64,000 nucleotides of DNA from the human T2T-CHM13v2.0 reference genome, Homo sapiens, in assembly GCF_009914755.1 (NCBI RefSeq), contig NC_060926.1; one strand, written 5' to 3'. Made by a program: the position numbers and the translations under genes. The notes beneath the pieces are model-generated. The model was not told the DNA's origin and did no database searches. It was given only the letters and a program-made list of their open reading frames with translations. Below, piece after piece: positions 44,723 through 56,320 of the stretch. Position 1 is the stretch's first letter. Every line of letters starts with the position of its first letter.

Positions 44723-45892
44723 GACATCATTTTTTAATTAAATAAAAAAAAGTTTTCAATTACCAGTACTATAAACTTTTAGAATTGTGGGATTAATCCA
44801 AACCACTTCCTTCAAAGACAAGTGAATTAAATATACTCATGGAGGAAGCATAGATTAGAATCATGATTTTTATCTATTTTAAGAGAATAGAAGAACAGAA
44901 GGGGTTACAATCTTGCAATATTATGCAACTCTTCTGCTCTAATATATCAAAAACTTGATGATCCAAGATCATGCAGAACAGCTGAGAAGAAATCAAAGTA
45001 AACAGTGTACCTTGCAGCCAACAGATCCTGCCAATATGAGATTAGAACTCTCCATCCTAGCAAAAAAAAAAAAAAATGGTTTTGGAAAGTTCCCTGCAAC
45101 ATTTTATGACTCACAGATATTCCCAGAGGTTCCTGTTTGCATTCTGCAGTAGACAGTGTTTGAAGGAAGACGTGCAGTTCTAGTCAACTGTTGTTCTTAA
45201 GCAACTTGGCTGAAAGATCTGTTTAAAAAACATTTGTTGGAAAGATGATATGTTTGGTTGTTTTAATTTTTTTAAACAAAATTGCAGATTTTAAATTTGT
45301 TTAACTCTTAATTCAACATTGACTAAAAGTACAGCCTAAGAAAAATTACTATGTTACATAATATATATTACAAACGTAGCAACTTTCTCATTCGAAAATT
45401 CCCAAACCAGGGGGTACCTATTCTTGGCATAGTCCCCCTTGCATATCCTTCCAAACTGCCTCCAGATCCCTGGCTCTGTATTCCATAGCTCTGGCTCTCA
45501 CCTTTGCCACCCAGTTCAATATCCCACCTTGGCTTCTACTTTGACCAACACTGCCAAGTCACCTCCCATCCCACCAGGACTTGATTCCTGGCTAATCTCC
45601 ACTTTTGTCTAACCCCAGCTCTCTTGTTTGCTTCTAAGTATTAAATACCACTCATGAGCTACATTTCTCCCCACCCTCAACCAGCTCCACTCCACTCCAC
45701 CTACAGGTTAGTAGTCTTCATTCCCCCAAGGCCTCTTCTCCGTTCCTAGCCAGCTCCCCCATTCTTCAGGTTCTTTTCTCCCCAAGTCCCCAAATAATAA
45801 AATACCTGGTTCTTAACAGTTGCCATCATTTACATAAGGTCATGTGTGGCTTTTTCTGATAATAACTATAAAGATATGGATATGAGAGAAGG

Positions 45893-45999
45893 TATAATAT
45901 TATAAAATGTTTTTATATTTTAAAATAAAAATTATTATTTTATATTATAAATATATTTTATAATATAAAATTTAAATTTTATATTATAAAATAAAATAT
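45893..45999. repeat. AT-rich low-complexity tract with a perfect 40-bp palindrome (45954-45993)
   Basis: tattttataatataaaattt|aaattttatattataaaata is self-complementary. Confidence 0.9.
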
Positions 46000-46308
46000 G
46001 TTAACATTATCCCAGTAAAAGCCGTTCTTTCATTTAATTTGCATGTTAATAGAAGGAAGACTGATCTCTCCTGACTCCTTAAGTGACTCATTGCTGCTGC
46101 TGCTCTACTACCAAGCCCAATCTTCCATTTCTCGTTGACTCTTGGCTATTCCCTCAAACTTGCTATCTTTAAAAAAAATTTGCTCTCCCAGGTTCACACC
46201 CATACCTCCTTTGATTCTGTTGTGAATCAGACTCTGCATAGATGTGGCAAAATAGATCTAGCCTAGACACATGTTTAGTGTGACTTACACAGCATTTTAG
46301 ATTTTTTC

Positions 46309-46606
<298 letters not shown>

Positions 46607-49584
46607 AGATTTGTTTCAATTTGCTGACTGTTTAAAAATTGGAAAACTGAGCCTACAAATAGAGATTTCCAGCTTCACTTGATGCTCAGATCATCCAACT
46701 CTGGATTTACATTTGTGCATAGCAGCATCTCTTATCAAAATACCAGGGATTCAGGCTAGGTCCTGCTGCTCACCACACAGAAAGCCAATCACTGAGCCAA
46801 GGAAGAAGGCTTTATTCAGATGCTGCAGCTGAGGAGATGGAAGATCAGTCTCAAATTCATCTCCTCAACCAACTAAAATTAGGGGGTTTTACAGCAGGAA
46901 AGAAATGTAACTATGTGTGGGAAAATAGGAATTAGAGAGGGGTAAGGAAAAAGAGTTGGTCAGCAGGAAGCAGGTGGTCAGTTAGGCAATCACGACAGGT
47001 GTGGGGTCTGACATCTCATTGTCCAGATGCAGTAATTTCCTAACTTTCAGTTCCTTGGAACTATTTGGGAGGCCTGATGGTTGATTTTTCTGAGAAAGGA
47101 ACTCAGATAAGACAAATATAAGTTTCTCAGGTTTTAAGACTGAGAGGATCAATGTCCATGTTTATTCAAAAGAAACCATAAACATCAGTTCTATGGGACA
47201 ACTGGGCCAGTTTTAGCCCCTTCTTTCTATTTATGAATTCCCCAATCATGGGGAATCTGGCCATCAGTCTTTCTGACTGCTTCATGCTGAGAAGGGGTGT
47301 CATGGGATAAGGCTAAGAGTCAACCCACTTCTGGGGCTCTGTAGACCATCAGCAGGGTAAGGGGCAAGACCTTTTCCCAGGTAAGACTGGTCTCTTGACA
47401 ACTGGGTTCCCCTTGGCCACAAGTGGCTCCATTCAGTCAGTGGGGGGCTTAGGACTTTTTGTCCCATACCATTGCTGGAGTAGTGTGCTACATGCCCCAG
47501 GTTCACCCTGTTCCTCAGTGGGACCTCTATGGCCAAGGGAATTAGAGTCAAGACTTATAGCAAATTAAATGTCCTAGGAAAGATGGGATTGGAGGTGGGC
47601 AGATACTCATAATCTTTAAAACTATTTAAGCAACTTAAGACTTAAAAACTAAAAGACAAAAAGTAAGGTTACAGTATTGTTTACAACTCCAAGGAATCTC
47701 CTTTGCCATTAAGAGGCCACACTCTGGCCTGGGAGGCCCAGCTCCCTAGGCTCCCAAACCACGTTGTGTCTTCAACCTTGGCCTAGAATGGTGAGCTCTT
47801 TTTAAGGTCTACATAAGGGCACATAAACCCATCACAAAATAAAATATATAACTAATTTTAGTACTCAAAATCTCACACATCCACCTTTTCCACAATAGTC
47901 CCTGGGCCTAAGGGGATTGAATAGTTTTCATTTCTGGCCCTGTGTCTCACAAAAGCAGCTCATTTTGATTGTCACCTCTCCTGGGTTTCTGAAGTTGAGG
48001 TTTTGACTGATGTCAGTGTTCAAGGTTTAGCAGGTGTCAGTGCCATTTGCAGACCCAGGAGTCAAAACCTGGTAACTTAGCAGCACAAGGATTAATTAAT
48101 AGGATGTTTTCCAAAGACGTTTAAAGCCTCAAAACATTTGATCAAAACAGAATTACAGGTCATTGTAAAATAATAATTATTCATTTAACCAAAGTTAAAA
48201 AGACTTCCAAAACAATATAAAAATAAAGTTACAATATACGAGCACTCTACCTATAATATGCAGATAGACTACTTTGGTGTAAAATAAGTTTCTATCTTCA
48301 ATATAAATGATCAAGTATAGTATATGCATTTAAGATAAGAACAGAAGCCAAAGCTTAATGAAATGTTTACAGACATATATAAGAACATCTAGAAATTTGT
48401 GGTTCAGTTTACTAATACTGCAGAAAGTCCCATAATTCTAACATGACTCTAGATGTCATGTAGAGTGACTAACATGTAGAGTCACTAACATGACTCTAAC
48501 ATGTCACAAATTAAAACACTGTCATTTGGTGTCTAGTAGTTGCCACCTGCTGCACTTCAAACCACTGTATTAAAGTGGTTAGGTTACTACTTCCATATGT
48601 CTAATTGCTGGCATTCTAGTGACGCAATTGTGACCAAAAGCATCAAAAATATGACAAGTCCTGTGACAAACTTATCAATGTGCAACAGTTATCATTTTTT
48701 CCATCATTAAAAAAATGGTAAAAGCAAATATCAGTTTTGGAAATTCAGTATGAAGATAAATAATCTCCTTCCACTTAAATACTATATAACAAAACAGGGA
48801 CAAACTAAGAACAAGCACACAATAATTTGTTTTCAGCTATTTAAAAGAGTATCATCACTTCCAGGGCTGGTTTCTAGTGCAGCACTAACAAGTGATTAGG
48901 TGACATTCACCACTAGAATCATCAAACCAGGACATCACTTATACATATTTTGTTTTTGTTTTCAACTACACACACTAACAGTGATAAAAACCTTGAGATT
49001 AAAAATCACTAGAAAGTCTCATATTTTTAATTACTACTTAATCAAAGTGAGTATCACTTGATTTTAATAATGTTACTAAACACAACTAAAATAATTTGAG
49101 TGAAATTTGTTAATATAATTTCCTTAAGAACAAGGCCAATCTTTCCTAAACATTAAAACTTTGTATCCGTATCACAGTCTTTCCGTATTATCTAAAGAAA
49201 AAGATCTGAAACTAACTCAAATTATTGATTGAACTGAACTACCTGAAATAAGCACCATTTAAACAATTTTATTCTCAGCTACTTTCTTAAATAACAAAAT
49301 AATGTACTATTTCTGTTTAGAATTTATAAAAATAAGTCAAGTCTTTTAATTTTGGCCAGAAAACTTAAACTCTTAAAGCTCTCTAGATCATTATAGGTAA
49401 GCAAAACCAATTCAGTTTTAAATGGCTAGTGTGCTCTTTTTTTTTTTTTTGGAGACTTGACAAAGGTAGCTTAGGAATTTTAGATAAATAGAACAAATGA
49501 TGAACTGTTAGAAATGCACAGGAAACAAAATGACTACTATATATATAGAACCAAATACAAGCCTTCTGTTAGAAACTAAAAATA

Positions 49585-49804
49585 CCAATAATTTTATATA
49601 TATAATTTATATATTTATTTATTTGCTATTTGTTATATATTTATTTGCTATCTGTTCTCCTTTGGGTTTTACATATATATGTATAGATATGCTTATATAT
49701 TTATGCTTCTATTTATTTATATATGCATATAATATATATGTATATATGCATATAATATATATGTATATATGCATATAATATATATGTATATATACATATA
49801 TATA
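49585..49804. repeat. TA-rich degenerate minisatellite, including tandem tatatgcatataatatatatgta units
   Basis: About three copies at 49720-49800. Confidence 0.85.
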
Positions 49805-49922
49805 AACCCAAAAAAGTACAAATAGCAAATAAATGAAAAATGAAAGCAAAAACAAACAAAAAACCAACCCCAAATTTTTTTCTATTCAGTTTACCTTAGA
49901 GGCTACAGTGTTACAGAGAGCT

Positions 49923-49925
<3 letters not shown>

Positions 49926-49968
<43 letters not shown>
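49926..49968. repeat. (CA)~21 microsatellite
   Basis: Uninterrupted ac repeat. Confidence 0.95.
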
Positions 49969-49970
<2 letters not shown>

Positions 49971-52599
49971 AAATATGTTGTTTTTGATACACAAATTAAT
50001 GTCTTTACGTCCACCAATACCACTATACATTTTGTGTATTTGAGAAATTTACTTTAGGCACTTGGCAAGTAAGGACTTTAGTGCTAGTACCACCAATGCA
50101 GAATAGCAAACACAGTGTGAAATCAACCAACAGAAGCATTTATGTGAAAATTGACTCCCTGCTAAATCTAGCTTCATGCTTAACTATATTTAAAAAAAGA
50201 TTTGCCAAAATGCCAATGTATTTCTTTACAATATTTCTTATCTTACCTTTATCAAGACTAAGAAGCTTTAACTATGAGCAATGTTAATTAGCCTAATTTC
50301 TCCAATTTCCTATCAGGTTTTTACTTTTTCATCTTTCTATTTTCTCTGTATGTGCCTGAAGACAGACATACACAGAAACAGGAGAAAAACTACATATGAC
50401 TTACACAGACAATGTATGACATGCTTGAATTTTCTGCTTGGTCTTAAATTCTCTCGTGTTAAAAAAAACAGTCATTTTATTTTAGGACAAAAATTTACCA
50501 TAGTCCATAATTTGAATCAACCTTTAGATAAATTCTGAATTAGACAAAATTATTCTTTTTTCATAAGGACAGAAATTCTCTGGCACATTTTATATACAGA
50601 ATTATATGTTAACTACAGTTCTTATTCTTAGTAACCTTAAATTTTAGTGAAAATCACTAGGAAGTAAGAAATCCTGAACTATCAGATATTAGTATTTTAT
50701 ATTTGAGAACATTCTACAGTTTTTAAAAATACTTTTGTCTATATCAAAACCTTTTTTAAATGAAAATGACCAGACATCCAAAATAATTTGGATGACTCAT
50801 CATCAAAATAATTAAGATTTTAAATTACACAAAAAGTTCACCTACAAGCATTTATCCTATTTACATGTACTCAATTCTTTAATTTTTTAAAGTTTATCTG
50901 GATTACTTCTGAAAACTGAGACATTAGACAAAGCTAGTGGTTAGCTCCTCGTTAACCATTTCATAACCTGAGAATATCAGGTGTTCATCTAAGTAAGAAC
51001 CTTAAATCCATGGGTATTTTTGCTAATAACTCAGAAGATTCAACTGTCTTTATTAAACTAACAACATTAAATTTGTCCAAAAAGTCACACAAAGGTTACT
51101 TGTGTTTTGGCTGGGTTTATAGTTTTATAACCTTCTGTGCCAAACCCTGACACCTCAAAATATATAGCAGAGACAAATATAAAACGTAGACAAAAATGTA
51201 TGCTGACAACTCCAAAGACATTTCTATTTCTATCTTAATAATTTTAAAGCCAGCTTGTTTATTAAAGAATTACTTAAATCATGTGAACTTGAAAATTGCT
51301 TGGACTTATTTACTTAATTTACGACCACTATTTATAAGCCAATTTAGTAGACACAACATATAACATAATAAATGTACATACACATAAACACATTGAAATG
51401 TGTATACACACACATAAACAAAGATCCAATAGCTTTTATCTCAGAACTCCAGCCATGAGATAGCAATAAAAACTCATTGTTTTATGAACATGTTTACATG
51501 GCTAAACTTTGCCCCAAGAGGTAATCCAATGAAGGATATGAACCAGAATGTTGGACGAAACAGTTTCCATGGCAGTTTGAGTTTTAAAGGCCAAACCTTC
51601 CCAGACTTCAAAAAACTCTCGGGTCAAACAGCATCACAGAAGAACCTCATGTACTTACAGACCTGAACCTGCTTAGAATAGCAGCATAAAAGCCTGGATA
51701 CACAGAACTCCATCCCACTTTCCTGTTCAATAGCAATGAGGCTTATGGAGATGCCAAACCGCTCCAGACACCAAAGAATATTGGGAAGTATACTGACACA
51801 CACACATAAACAAACAATCACCAAAGCACAATCCACCTGCTGCAGCAACAAGCAAGTCCCAAGAATATCTAAACTGAAACAGTCAGGATGCTTCCTCTCT
51901 CCATCGGTTGGGCTTGTTCATCCTGCAAATGGAAATTCTTTTGGAATTCCCCAAATTGAGAAGAGCACATCCCCCTGTCTGGTACCCACAAAAGACACTA
52001 ACCTATCCAGACGCAGATGTCAAATATCAAAGGCTACTCTTCCTAGGCAATCAGGAATGTAGTTGGGGCTGGCATTAGTGGGACCAAAGAAAGAGAGACC
52101 AAGACTCACCTCCAGCCAAAAATGGGCAGGTAGCTGCTTAGGAGGGCTTCTGAAACCCTTTTGGCCTGTAGCAGCCAAGCCACAAGCAATGTATGCCTGG
52201 TCAAGGAACCAAAATGTGTTACTGAAACACCAGAGGTTCAGACTAGGTCCCGCTACTCATCACACAAAAAGCCAATTTTCTAAGAGGAGTATTGCCTGGA
52301 AAAAGGCTTTATGCATGTGCTGCAAAAGGAATTAGGGAGGGGTAAGAAAGAGGAGTTGGTCAACAGGTAGCAGGAGGTCAGTTAGTCAATCACGACAGGT
52401 GAGAGGCTATGATTCAGTTCCCCTATATTATTTGAGAGGCCTGATTATTGGTCTTACAATTTTAGATGTATAAGATAAGACAAATGTAGCTCCTCAAGTT
52501 TTAAGACTGAGAGGGTTAATTTCCAACATCAGTTCTATGGAACAATTGGGCCAGTTTCACCTTGGTATAAGTCAAGCAAGATATATGTGGATGCAGCAG

Positions 52600-53120
52600 C
52601 TTTCCAGCAGGCAGCTGGACATAAAGATCTGGAGTTCATGGAAGTGGTCTAGGCTGAAGATATGGATTTAGGAGTCTTCAGAACATAAATAGTAGCAGAA
52701 GGCCTGAAGGTGGGCTAAAATAGGATCATGTGGGGGAGAAAATATAGCAAGAAGGTCACAAGACCAGGAGCAGAGCTCTGAAGACCACTGATATTTAAGA
52801 TTCTACCTAAGGGATATGAGAAATAGCAGTAGGAGGAAAAGGAGGATAACTTATTAGATAAGTATCTCAGGAAAAAAAGGGAGAATTTTCAGGAAGGAAG
52901 GACTGATCAAACAGTATTAATTGCCATAGAAGTGGGTCAAGTCAAAATCATAAAAATATTTATTGGATTTGGCAATATGGAGGTTACTGGTGAACCCACT
53001 GGTTGTTCAAATAGAGAAGGGGCAAGAACCAGATTGTAGAGGTTAAATAGGGAAGACTTGAGAAAATAAGATAGTTAATGTAGCCCAATTTATGCAAGCA
53101 CTCCCATGAATAGAAGGAGA
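52600..53120 (-). mobile_element. L2 fragment
   Basis: tctggagttca..gaagtggtctaggctgaagatatggatttaggagtc; ttggatttggcaatatggaggttactggtga. Confidence 0.75.
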
Positions 53121-55672
53121 GAATAGTGACAGATCTAAGACAGTCAAAATGACATTAATACATTGACCTAAGTCATTATATTACATTACATTACTCCATA
53201 CTAGTAAGTGTTAGTTGACTGAGTGTGGATGTATGAATAAATATTAATTATAAAGAAGTAATTGACTTTAATAGAAAGGTAACAAGTTCTCCAACACTCT
53301 TTTCCAACTTAAGTTCATCAGCATAGTACATTAATATAATGATGATTAGTTTAAAAAATCCTGGATTAGTTATTTCATTTATGCTCATTTCTTGCCAAAT
53401 GCTAGCAAATGCTTGCAATGGATACATCTAAAATCATGAGCAACTATAGGCAGCTTGAGGCAAAGTAAAGAAAATTGGATTGGGGTCCACCTCAGGTTTC
53501 CAACCACTCACATGTATGATGTTGACCAAGTCTCTTCATCTCTCCAGCTCTTAGTTTGCTTTCTGTTTAATGGAGTATGAGCTAAACAAGGATAGAAAAT
53601 AGACAGCAAGTCATTTCAGTAATTGTAAAACCTAACTGGAAGTCCAGGATAAGATCCTTTTGCAAGGAAAAATTACTATCAATGTTCATACCAATTTTTG
53701 CTTTGGTGACATTTGGAGCTATGTATACATTTCATAAGATATACTCCATATCAAGCCATCAAAATCGTCACATATATATGACATGCTAAAAGCCCAAATC
53801 AAAAAAGCATTTTTAAAATATAAATCAGAAACACAATGGAATTAATTTATTTGCTTTTACTATTTTTAACATTACATATAATTTAAAATATATATGACTA
53901 TGTACAGATATATTAGACAAGTTTAGAAAACAGAAACCAAATTGTTTCCAACAGAGAGGATTTAATGGAAGAAACTGGTTTCACAGGTGTCAGAAGGTTG
54001 AATAAGTAAAGTCACATAAAGGTAACTCAGGAAGTAGCTACAATGCCTGAGGTTAGGGAAATAAATGGGAAAAGATGGGGATAACAGGAGGAGGAGCCAC
54101 CAGACCTGGTGCTCTAAGGAAGAGGCTTGGGTTGGCTGCTGCTGGCTCTCTGAGGGAAATGTTCAGGCATTTCTGGAAGTGCCAACAGGAACTGGAGGCT
54201 GGAGCCACTTCCACAATGGAGGCCACCAACTAACGCTTAGGAGAACTGCCATTTTAGAGTTGAAGCCAGCAAGAATAAAACAAATTTTAAAACAGGAAGG
54301 AAGTCTTGTCTCCTCTTCCAATCCCCATTCCTCAATAACTTCAAGTCTCACTCCAATACTTTCAAAAAGCTGCCAAGGGAATCAGAGGTATGAAATCTGC
54401 AAAGTCACAGCCCTAGCATTACAAACTAGTGTCAAAAAAGGAGGACACGTTGCTGAGAGACAGCAGGCAAATTACTTGCACAACTTTGCTTTTTAAGAAA
54501 AGTAAAGGTTAATTGCATTGTAGTTAATAGCACAAAAATTAACATTGAAGAAAGTATCTTGCAAAACATGAGAATTATGGGGACGCTTACATGAACAAAT
54601 AAGCACATATAAGCAGAAAAGAGAAAGTTGTCCCATGATTAGGAACAGAAAGCAGAAAGAGGGAGGTAAGAAAAAAATATGGACTTCATGGAAAAGATTT
54701 ATGTTAAAAAAGGAAAAATGACACTAATGTTAAAATACAATAATCATAATATTAAAAGTTCTATATAATTAAATTAGGTTTCAGGTATGAGAAATTGACC
54801 ATTATATTGGTGCCACAAGTCATCATGAAATGTCTAAAATCTATGATTACTGGGCTTCTAGGCTCATGGCATTTGCTTTGTCAACAAGTGCCCCAGAGTT
54901 AAGATAGACCAATAGTGACATCTGCTGCCATGGACTTATTTTTAAAAGGGCCAGTCTTGACATTTGCAAGTTAAGATTCCTGCCAAACCACTGGCCTTCT
55001 GCTGTGATGAGTCAGCATTTCTGGAACTCCTGTTTGTCATCTGTGCTATTAGAAGATTTTCTAAGGTGAACACAGAACATGGGAAAATGAGAGAATGTTT
55101 GAAAATGTAACTAAAACAAACAAAAACAGTAGGGACAGAGGGAGTAAGTGACGAGACAGAAACTTCACATTGTCTTTTCACATCCTGTTTTTCCTTTGGC
55201 TAAGTAAGTCCCAATTAATCTTGCAGTTGTTAGCAAGCATAAGCATGTTTTCAGTGAAAAGAAGGATTAATTTAACTGTTGCCAGCTTCAGTAGATTCCA
55301 ACCCAAAATTTACAGCATAATATTTAGACCAGAAAAAAAAAATAAAAGTCCAACAACCAAAGGAGGGTATGTGGGAAATTTTTAGAGCAACCCTTGCTTA
55401 GGAAACCACTTCCTAGCTAAGTGTTTACCTTGATTATACCTCTTTCAACATCTGCTGACCCTCTGCTTCTTCCTTTTTCCTTTCTGAAAGGCAAGAGAAC
55501 ATAAGGTTTGAATCAAAAATATATTTTTGATATTTAAAAAAACATATTATCACCAGTGTAAAGTGGTCAGTGTGGCTCATTTATATGAACCCACAAATAT
55601 TACCTCAAGAAAATCATGAGTTAATTTATTTGCTCTAGAAAAAAAATGGCAAATTATATGAATCTCTACCCC

Positions 55673-55842
55673 AGTTATGAAAGAAGATGAACAAAAGAGA
55701 CAGATGTTTCAGCTGATGGAGAACTGAATTAAGAGTTCTGGCTAGTACACGTTCTAGTTATGAAATAAGATGAACAAAACAGACAGATGTTTCAGCTGAT
55801 GGAGAACTGAAGTAAGAGTTATGACTTCTAGTACAAGGTTCT
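55673..55842. repeat. Tandem duplication, two copies of ~83 bp
   Basis: agttatgaaa.aagatgaacaaaa.agacagatgtttcagctgatggagaactgaa.taagagtt at 55673 and 55756. Confidence 0.92.
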
Positions 55843-55844
55843 GA

Positions 55845-55936
55845 CCATGCCTCAATGTGTCATCTTGAGGAAATTACATAACTTCTCTGAGCCTTAGTTT
55901 TCTCTTCTGTAAAATGAAAGGATGAGGCTATATGAG
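55845..55936 (+). mobile_element. MIR fragment
   Basis: cttgaggaaattacataacttctctgagccttagttttctcttctgtaaaatga. Confidence 0.75.
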
Positions 55937-56184
55937 GGATGAAAAAATGGGATGCAACTCATTTCCCTTCTTGGGTTAACTGGCAATAGTTGCCTATGAG
56001 TTAATTGCTGTAACTCATAAGCTGCACCCAGACTCCATGGAAAAGAGTGCTGACTAATTGGCAGGGTCTGCTGTGGACAACATAAATGTGAGCAGCTGCA
56101 TGCACATCACACAGATATCAATTCACAAACAAGACAATTTATTACTTTTTCTTTAGCTGTAGATTCTGTTACCAGCCATCATTT

Positions 56185-56320
56185 TTAGTGCCTACTGTAT
56201 TTTAGCTGTGCAAGATGCTCTAAGAACATTATTTCTAATCTTCACAACATTTTAAAGACAAGAAAACCAAGCCTCAGAAAAATTAAATAATTTTTTCAAA
56301 GCTGTATAACATAGCTGGAC
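56185..56320 (-). mobile_element. MIR fragment
   Basis: ttatttctaatcttcacaac...gaaaaccaagcctcagaaaaattaaataa. Confidence 0.6.

Larger units (their letters stand above)
46730..52559 (-). mobile_element. LOR1-like (MER4-group ERV1) non-coding provirus: 5'LTR 52217-52559, internal region, 3'LTR 46730-47215
   Basis: Two homologous LTRs (ggttcag.ctaggtcc.gct.ctca...catcagttctatgg.acaa.tgggccagttt); PBS TGGTTCCTTGACCAGGCA at 52194-52211; polypurine tract aatagaaagaaggggc at 47216-47231. Confidence 0.88.

Noticed and set aside
53905-54496. 143-aa plus-strand ORF
   Set aside because: Lies in what looks like an old LTR relic; no domain or splice support
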